From an uncultured bacterium (GTDB lineage Bacteria; Zixibacteria; MSB-5A5; UBA10806): a DNA stretch of 64,000 nucleotides. The DNA lies in the NCBI GenBank assembly GCA_965541585.1, contig CBEUCH010000015.1, positions 1-64,000 on the forward strand, read 5' to 3'. The notes under the pieces are model-generated. The model saw nothing but the letters and a program-made list of their open reading frames with translations, did no database searches and was not told the origin of the DNA. Shown one piece after another: positions 59,001 to 64,000 of this stretch (within the stretch, counting starts at the first letter, position 1; every line of letters begins with the position of its first letter). The position numbers and the translations under genes were made by a program.

Positions 59001-59173
59001 TTCGCGCTAATACGTCAATTGACTGGACAATTAAGGAGAGTGTTCAGGCCAAATTGCGGACAATAATCAAGAGAACGCTACGCAAGTTCGGCTACCCGCC
59101 TGATAAGCAGTTGTTGGCAACCGAGAATATTCTTAAACAAGCGGAGTTGTTTGCAAATGAATGGGCTGCGTAG
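56051..59173 (+). CDS. hsdR: Type I R-M endonuclease/translocase
   Basis: RPDVVLFVNGLPLVVIELK, HTQGSGKS, DEAHRSQYG, MWLTGFD and QAIARVNR motifs. Confidence 0.97.
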   Translation: MTRDKITEDAVEQVAIELLEEQGYHYLTPEQWEAERGDLSNVLLRDRLKTAIDKLNPIIPQEAKEQALRVVSNLPSQNLVENNETFHRMLTDGIDVEYMGDDGIKGDKVWLIDFKELTENDLVVCNQFTVIQDSLNKRPDVVLFVNGLPLVVIELKNPADENATVKKAYTQLQNYKNAIPNLFYYNGILIASDGLDAKVGSLTAGWSRFMVWKTSDGAKEDKVTIPQMETVIRGMLRPDVLFDLIKQFTVFEKTKKEDTKTRFTTIETAKKIAAYHQYYAVKKAVESTKRAASDNGSRKGGVVWHTQGSGKSLSMVFYSGQTVLELDNPTIVVITDRNDLDDQLFDTFAGCKQLLRQEPVQAENREHLKKLLKVAGGGIVFTTIQKFSPEDGGDVFDLLSDRKNIVVIADEAHRSQYGFGAKTIVRNNEAYTSYGFAKYLRDALPKATFIGFTGTPIEKEDRSTRAVFGNEIDIYDISQAVKDGATVRIYYESRLAKVHLKPEEKDKLDAEVERITEGEESTAKEKAKAKWTQLEAIVGHRDRLKSVAKDIIDHFERREEVFDGKALIVTTSRRIAVELYEKIMALRPHWHGDDKRKGEIKVIMTSSSSDPQSWQKHNTTKQDRKDIGERFKDPNDRLKFVIVRDMWLTGFDAPCLHTMYVDKLMRGHNLMQAIARVNRVFKDKPGGLIVDYIGIGYDLKKAMATYSESGGEGEPTLDIDEAIATMLEKYEIVAQMFDGFDYKRYFTANTKDKMTIILEAQEHILGLDDGKNRFVRQVILLSKAFALSVPNEEAMAIKDDIGFFQTVKARLTKFTPTGGGKSDEEIETAIRQIVDKAIVSEGVVDIFAAAGIKKPDISILSDEFMAEIKGMKRKNLAFELLKKILSDEIRLRLTRNLIHGKKLSELLENAIKKYQNNLLTAFQVIEELIELAKHIKSEDERGKEMNLSADEIAFYDALADNDSAKEVLGDDTLRELARILVEKVRANTSIDWTIKESVQAKLRTIIKRTLRKFGYPPDKQLLATENILKQAELFANEWAA

Positions 59174-59273
59174 ATGTCAGGAATTTATTTATGAATATTT
59201 TGAACCAAACATAACTTGAAGTCCACGAGCAGAAGATAAAAACAAAATAGGCGAGGTTTGGGGGGAATGACAT

Positions 59274-61766
59274 ATGATAAATAAAATAATTAAATTGAAC
59301 AATCTTGGTCTCTTCAAAGGATCAACATGGGCAGATAGTGATCTCCAGTTTGGGAAGGTCAATCTCCTTTACGGATTTACTGGGAGCGGGAAAACAATGC
59401 TTTCCAATGTTCTAAGGATGTTCAGCAAAGACTTACCCAGTGATGAACAATGTGCGATCCTGGACCAACTGCGCAATAAGGAGAGTGTGGATGTTGAGAT
59501 TGAGCTACTATGGGATAGTAAAAAGGTAAGATCCTTCTCTGAAAGAAAGAGCATTTTCGTGTTCAACTCACATTTTGTGAATGAACATGTCTATGACGGC
59601 TCAAGCTCAAAGCTAAAACACTTTAAGGCAAGTGTTGTTACAACAGAGCATCTCAAGAATCCAGAAATAAAAAAATCGGAGGACTCTATATCAGTTAAGC
59701 AACAACAGTATGAGCAGAATCAGAAGCAGATCACGCAGTTGTCCGAGCTGGCGCGTACAACAAGGGCTAATCTCTCAAACCTGTGGAACGCGTCTATTTC
59801 TGGTCCCAGACTACCGCAAAATCTAAATCTCAACAATCCCGAGATCATCCCTCATGGGGCCTCAGAAATTACGCTTGATGAACTTGAGAACCAATTGGCG
59901 GATCATTATCGAAAGTTCAAGGTCACAAAAAGTAATTATGATCTGCAAAAGGATGAAAAAACACTGGAAGAAAGGACCTTTGAAAAACTCACCATCCCAT
60001 TAGCAATAGAGTCACAACTACAAAAGGATATTTCGCAGGAGGCCTACAAGAAAATAAAGGGGAGGCTGGACACTCTCAAAGAGTCAGAACTCAAGCATTC
60101 AAGCGTTCAGGAATGGTTTGAAGACGGTGTTGTGCTCCTGACTGACTCAAAGGATAGGCAGAAATGCCCTCTTTGTGATAGCGACATTCCCAATATAAGA
60201 GAGATCATCGAGGACTATAACAGTTTCTTCAATGAGGAATTTGTAGGACTTCAAAAGGCCCTCGCTGCGGAAGTGCAGCAATTGAACACAATCTTAGAAA
60301 CGGCAAGGAATGATAAGGACCGATTTGATATTCTTAGCAAGATTATTCATAAATATCAGTTTATAGAGAAACTCACAAAGGACCAGAAATCCTTGCTACA
60401 GGAATATTCCATTATCGAGCTTGAAGACGTTGTAAATTCTGCCAAGAACCTTGTTGTTAAGAAACAAAAACAACTGGAAACGCTGTTCTTCGATAAGGAC
60501 TTAGCCCCGATCCGTGATGCACTAGAAGAAATCAGAGCATACAACAAGACCATTGATAAGATTGAAACTCTTAGGAAAAAAGCACTGGTTGAGTTGAAGA
60601 GGAGTAGCTTCAATCTCAATACGGCAAAAGAGACCGCAAAAGATTGTTTCTGGAAGAAATTCGATACCCTCGGGCATGTCTATGCAAAGAAATACGCGAG
60701 GAGCAACGAAGGTAAGAAAACAGATCAGATGGGAGGAATCGAATTCTACAAATACCTGATTGAAATAAATGAGTGCTTAAGCAGGGAAATAGGGCAATGT
60801 AGGAAAGACAAGCTAGTTTTATTATCAAAACTGAAGAAAGAATCAGAGTTTGTGAATTCATTTCTCCAGCAGTTGTGTATTGCAAACTTCAAGATCAGAG
60901 TCGGCGATAAGGAAGAAGACGATATAGAGGTTATATACGGTGACGGTGTAACCAAGAAAGGAATAAAGTATTCGTTAAGTGAGGGGGAGAAAACTGCTCT
61001 CGCTTTCGCGTATTTTCTCAGTAAGGTCAAGTATGAAATTTTAGATAACACACAGAGTAGACTGAAAGACCATGTAATGGTCATTGACGACCCAGTATCA
61101 AGTCTTGACGAAAACAGGCTATTCTCAACAGCATTACTCATAAAAGCAATGTTTGCTAGAGATTCAAAGCAATTATTCGTATTCAGCCATAATCTTGTGT
61201 TTTTGAAATTTATGGGCAGCGTTCTCGGGAAAGTGGATAATGAGGAGCGAAAGGATTTCTATCTGGAGAATGGGAAGATTGAGGGATTGCCAAAAACATT
61301 GCAGAACTTTCAAACATCGTACTTTTACAAGCTTGGAAGATTACAGGCCTATCTTGATGGGGAAGTGGATTACGAATCCGCGAAGGACGTGATTCCGAAT
61401 TGTGCGCGAATAGTCTTGGAGTCATTTCTTTCTTTCAAATTGTGCCGTCTGAAGCAGGGTAGCGGTGCGAGTAACAGGTATAAGTCCGCTGGATTGGACA
61501 GGTTGATACCGGCAATAGATGGCGTTAGCCTAACTGGTTTTACGCCGGTTGGCAATATCAATGACAAAAAAAGTCTGGTTCAAACGCTGTGCGAGATTAA
61601 GAACAGGGTGGATCCTGAAAGTCATGGAACGCCACAGGATATCACTGAGTTTGAGTTCCTGCCTGAATCTGAACTAAAGAAAGTCACCCATAATACTCTC
61701 GATGTAATTGCATTCTTAGATCAGATCCATATTCGGGAGGTAAGCCGACTGGGCACACAAGGTTAG
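59274..61766 (+). CDS. RloC-like AAA_13 ABC-ATPase with zinc hook and HEPN domain
   Basis: Walker A GFTGSGKT, CPLC hook, LSEGEK signature, IDDPVSSLD, FSHN, PNCARIVLESF and RVDPESH (Rx5H). Confidence 0.85.
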   Translation: MINKIIKLNNLGLFKGSTWADSDLQFGKVNLLYGFTGSGKTMLSNVLRMFSKDLPSDEQCAILDQLRNKESVDVEIELLWDSKKVRSFSERKSIFVFNSHFVNEHVYDGSSSKLKHFKASVVTTEHLKNPEIKKSEDSISVKQQQYEQNQKQITQLSELARTTRANLSNLWNASISGPRLPQNLNLNNPEIIPHGASEITLDELENQLADHYRKFKVTKSNYDLQKDEKTLEERTFEKLTIPLAIESQLQKDISQEAYKKIKGRLDTLKESELKHSSVQEWFEDGVVLLTDSKDRQKCPLCDSDIPNIREIIEDYNSFFNEEFVGLQKALAAEVQQLNTILETARNDKDRFDILSKIIHKYQFIEKLTKDQKSLLQEYSIIELEDVVNSAKNLVVKKQKQLETLFFDKDLAPIRDALEEIRAYNKTIDKIETLRKKALVELKRSSFNLNTAKETAKDCFWKKFDTLGHVYAKKYARSNEGKKTDQMGGIEFYKYLIEINECLSREIGQCRKDKLVLLSKLKKESEFVNSFLQQLCIANFKIRVGDKEEDDIEVIYGDGVTKKGIKYSLSEGEKTALAFAYFLSKVKYEILDNTQSRLKDHVMVIDDPVSSLDENRLFSTALLIKAMFARDSKQLFVFSHNLVFLKFMGSVLGKVDNEERKDFYLENGKIEGLPKTLQNFQTSYFYKLGRLQAYLDGEVDYESAKDVIPNCARIVLESFLSFKLCRLKQGSGASNRYKSAGLDRLIPAIDGVSLTGFTPVGNINDKKSLVQTLCEIKNRVDPESHGTPQDITEFEFLPESELKKVTHNTLDVIAFLDQIHIREVSRLGTQG

Positions 61767-62133
61767 GTGTTGAATTGGATGAACCTCATCACAGTTTTGT
61801 GGATATTATAGCGCAGTTGTTTTGCTCGGAAGATATCTGGCTTTGAAAAAGGTTCGAACATCCTTATCCGAATCGATCATTATGGTATAACTCGCCCCGT
61901 TTAATAGCCGACGATGGTGCCATCAGTAACTTCAGGCCGCCTCCATTTGATGGTATAAGAATGAAGCTTGCTTCACACGAGGTCTGCTATTTTTGGATGC
62001 AATAAGATACGATCTGGATCGATCAATCTGGGCCGTATAACCGCAATAAAATCCTTGCCGTATGGGCCATGTTTCTCCTAGAATTTCCACAATAAAGGCG
62101 TTTGAGCATTTGAGAATAGACTAGGAAACCAAA

Positions 62134-62862
62134 GTGACAGTCAAAAAAAAGAAGACTCGGCGGAGCAGGCAATTAGTTCTAGGCCATTTAGAACGGATTT
62201 CGAGTAAAGTATTTTCTGACTTCCCAAAGCAACTTACAGATTTAGTGAGCAAACAACACGGTGTTTACGCCCTTTATAAGGGCAACCGTCTCTATTATGT
62301 TGGGCTTGCCAGCAATTTGAGAAATAGAATCAGACATCATTTGCGAGACAGACATGCAGGGAAGTGGGACAAATTCAGCCTTTATCTGGTAAGAAAAGCT
62401 GATCATATAAAAGAGCTTGAATCATTGATCTTGCGAATTGCGGATCCAACAGGAAATGCAATAAGGGGGGGATTGGCCCGAGCCGAGAATTTGAGATTTG
62501 AACTTCAGGCAAAAATAAAAGCAGCCCAGGAGAAACAACTATTTAGCCTACTTGGCGCCAAGAAGAGGATAAAACTAAAGCAGAGAAGGTCTCGACCGCA
62601 AAGAAAGGTCAAGATGGCTTCTAAACCTGCTTTAGCTCCCTACGTCAAAAGGCGTTTTAAGATTCGTGCCAGAGATCGTGGAAAATTGTTCGAAGCGAGA
62701 GTTAGGAGCAATGGCACAATCAATTTCAACGGGAATCTTTTTAATTCACCGTCTGGCGCTGGAAAGGCCGCAACCGGTCGTTTAAAAAATGGATGGTGGT
62801 TCTGGCATTTCAAGAATAAGAAAGGTGAATGGGTGCGTCTGAGGGAGTTGAGGCGTAAGTAG
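62134..62862 (+). CDS. GIY-YIG nuclease fused to RAMA-like domain
   Basis: GVYALY...YYVGLA.NLRNRI..H...ELE; C-terminal FNSPSGAG......NGWWFW. Confidence 0.8.
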   Translation: MTVKKKKTRRSRQLVLGHLERISSKVFSDFPKQLTDLVSKQHGVYALYKGNRLYYVGLASNLRNRIRHHLRDRHAGKWDKFSLYLVRKADHIKELESLILRIADPTGNAIRGGLARAENLRFELQAKIKAAQEKQLFSLLGAKKRIKLKQRRSRPQRKVKMASKPALAPYVKRRFKIRARDRGKLFEARVRSNGTINFNGNLFNSPSGAGKAATGRLKNGWWFWHFKNKKGEWVRLRELRRK

Positions 62863-62884
62863 GTAATACAGAAGGAGGTTTGTA

Positions 62885-62998
62885 ATGGCAGCTAAAAGAA
62901 GAGTCCGTTGCTCGGGCAAGACATCAGCAGGCAAAAGGTGTAAACGCAAGGTGGCGCTTCCTGCGAAACGCTGCCATCTTCACAAGAGACAAAGATAA
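62885..62998 (+). CDS. 37-aa basic CCCH zinc-finger microprotein (not in ORF track)
   Basis: GAAGGAGG RBS; MAAKRRVRCSGKTSAGKRCKRKVALPAKRCHLHKRQR*; terminator follows. Confidence 0.7.
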   Translation: MAAKRRVRCSGKTSAGKRCKRKVALPAKRCHLHKRQR

Positions 62999-63009
62999 TG
63001 ACCTGTCTT

Positions 63010-63040
63010 AGGCGGTTGGATTCATTCCAGCCGCCTTTTT
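63010..63040 (+). terminator. Rho-independent terminator
   Basis: aggcggttgga-ttcat-tccagccgcct followed by a T-run. Confidence 0.8.
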
Positions 63041-63195
63041 AAATGATTATGGCATATTACCTTGACAGTATAGTTGTCTAAATATTATGGTTTAGAAATG
63101 GCTGAATTCTGCGGAGAATGCTGGGAAAAGATGGGAGCACCTCCAAAGGTCAACAGAATTTGACGCTTTTATAAGTGTTTGGAGAGTGAGGCATG

Positions 63196-63960
63196 TTATT
63201 CACCTGGTTCACTTTCGTCAAGCGCAGAATTATCCGTTTTTGATTTTTCTTCTTGAAAGATAAGAATTGAAAGCGGTATTAACAACAAAATTACTAAAGT
63301 GAACGCGATAAATGCTAGGGAATTGTTTCCCACCCAAGCCTTAAAGCCATGTAATTCGGTTGGGTAATCAATCTTTACAGACCCAGACGAAAAACTAACC
63401 CGAGTATCTTTTTCATCAAATTTGCTGTCGAGCTTATCTGCCCAGCAAACGACTCTGATTCCTTCTCCAGGCAATAGTGAACCTAAATCAATCCTGTGGT
63501 CATATTTCTCATTTCTATCCTCTTTTCCGATGTGCTCTATGAAACAGTAACCTGAAGAAGGTAGTTGCAAAACAAGCCCTTTTACTTCCCTGCTACCGTC
63601 ATTTTGAATTCTAAAGGTCCAATACGACCTCAAATCATATATAACGTCACTATAATCGGGTAATCTACTTCGTAGGAAAGCGGAAATATTATTGCCGTGA
63701 TCTTGGGGAGATAAACAGCTGTCTACCTCGATTCGTAGAACGGAGTCTATACTATCAGAGTATTCACGGCCTAGGACATTATTAATGAAATCAACAATCG
63801 GGTAAGGATCATAATGCTCATGATGGGAGCCTGTTGCTTTGATGTCGAAATCTTTCGTAAATATTACGCCGTATAATTGAATTGCGTAATACACTGATCC
63901 AGGAATACCAAAAACAGCAATGATCCATGGAAGCCAAAATTTGACTCTAAAATTCATCAC
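63196..63960 (-). CDS. Hypothetical protein with N- and C-terminal TM helices
   Basis: AAGGAAGG RBS; hydrophobic termini flanking a soluble domain. Confidence 0.7.
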   Translation of the reverse strand: MMNFRVKFWLPWIIAVFGIPGSVYYAIQLYGVIFTKDFDIKATGSHHEHYDPYPIVDFINNVLGREYSDSIDSVLRIEVDSCLSPQDHGNNISAFLRSRLPDYSDVIYDLRSYWTFRIQNDGSREVKGLVLQLPSSGYCFIEHIGKEDRNEKYDHRIDLGSLLPGEGIRVVCWADKLDSKFDEKDTRVSFSSGSVKIDYPTELHGFKAWVGNNSLAFIAFTLVILLLIPLSILIFQEEKSKTDNSALDESEPGE

Positions 63961-64000
63961 TTTTCCTTCCTTAAAAGGACTTACGACCTCTATGAATTTA

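Larger units (their letters stand above)
40487..64000. mobile_element. Integrated satellite/PICI-like element with defence cargo (right end not seen)
   Basis: Integrase next to the tRNA-Leu 3' end, xis, divergent regulators, primase-helicase plus iteron ori, AT-richer cargo. No capsid, terminase or T4SS genes seen. Confidence 0.85.

Noticed and set aside
61770..62130. Possible gene remnant between the RloC-like and GIY-YIG genes
   Set aside because: Only short interrupted frames with no recognisable motif.
40440..64000. attR duplicate of the tRNA-Leu 3' end
   Set aside because: Not found by eye in the window. It probably lies beyond 64000, so the boundary is not called.

Overview
Bacterial chromosomal window in two parts. 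(1) 1-40.5 kb is host backbone: pilD 3' end, PAS histidine kinase, tldD/pmbA, cysteine synthase, purD/purE, CDF transporter, galT-like/glgA and a prolyl oligopeptidase. It is interleaved with many secreted paralogs (beta-helix, BNR beta-propeller, S8 protease) ending in a 'YPNPFN...WD...SGxY' T9SS-A/FlgD-Ig-like C-terminal domain (CTD) or a dockerin-like tail. That style suggests an FCB-affiliated lineage such as Zixibacteria (inference only). tRNA-Gly(GCC), -Cys(GCA) and -Leu(TAA) keep the conserved Gly-Cys-Leu order but are separated by kilobases. (2) From tRNA-Leu (40486) to the window end lies an integrated, mostly AT-richer, satellite/PICI-like element. It carries a tyrosine integrase, a Xis-like HTH, four ORFs sharing a motif, a leaderless XRE regulator, an AEP primase-SF3 helicase with a TGTCACC iteron origin, and defence cargo (type I R-M with two intercalated unknown genes, RloC-like ABC-ATPase/HEPN, GIY-YIG-RAMA). 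The best candidate for a new system is a CRISPR-less fusion of an NE0113/Crn1-type CARF domain, a degenerate sigma54-type AAA+ domain and a putative wHTH (44979-46877). It heads the leftward xis/int gene block and could let the element sense or degrade cyclic oligoadenylate. All calls are by eye from motifs; no searches were run.
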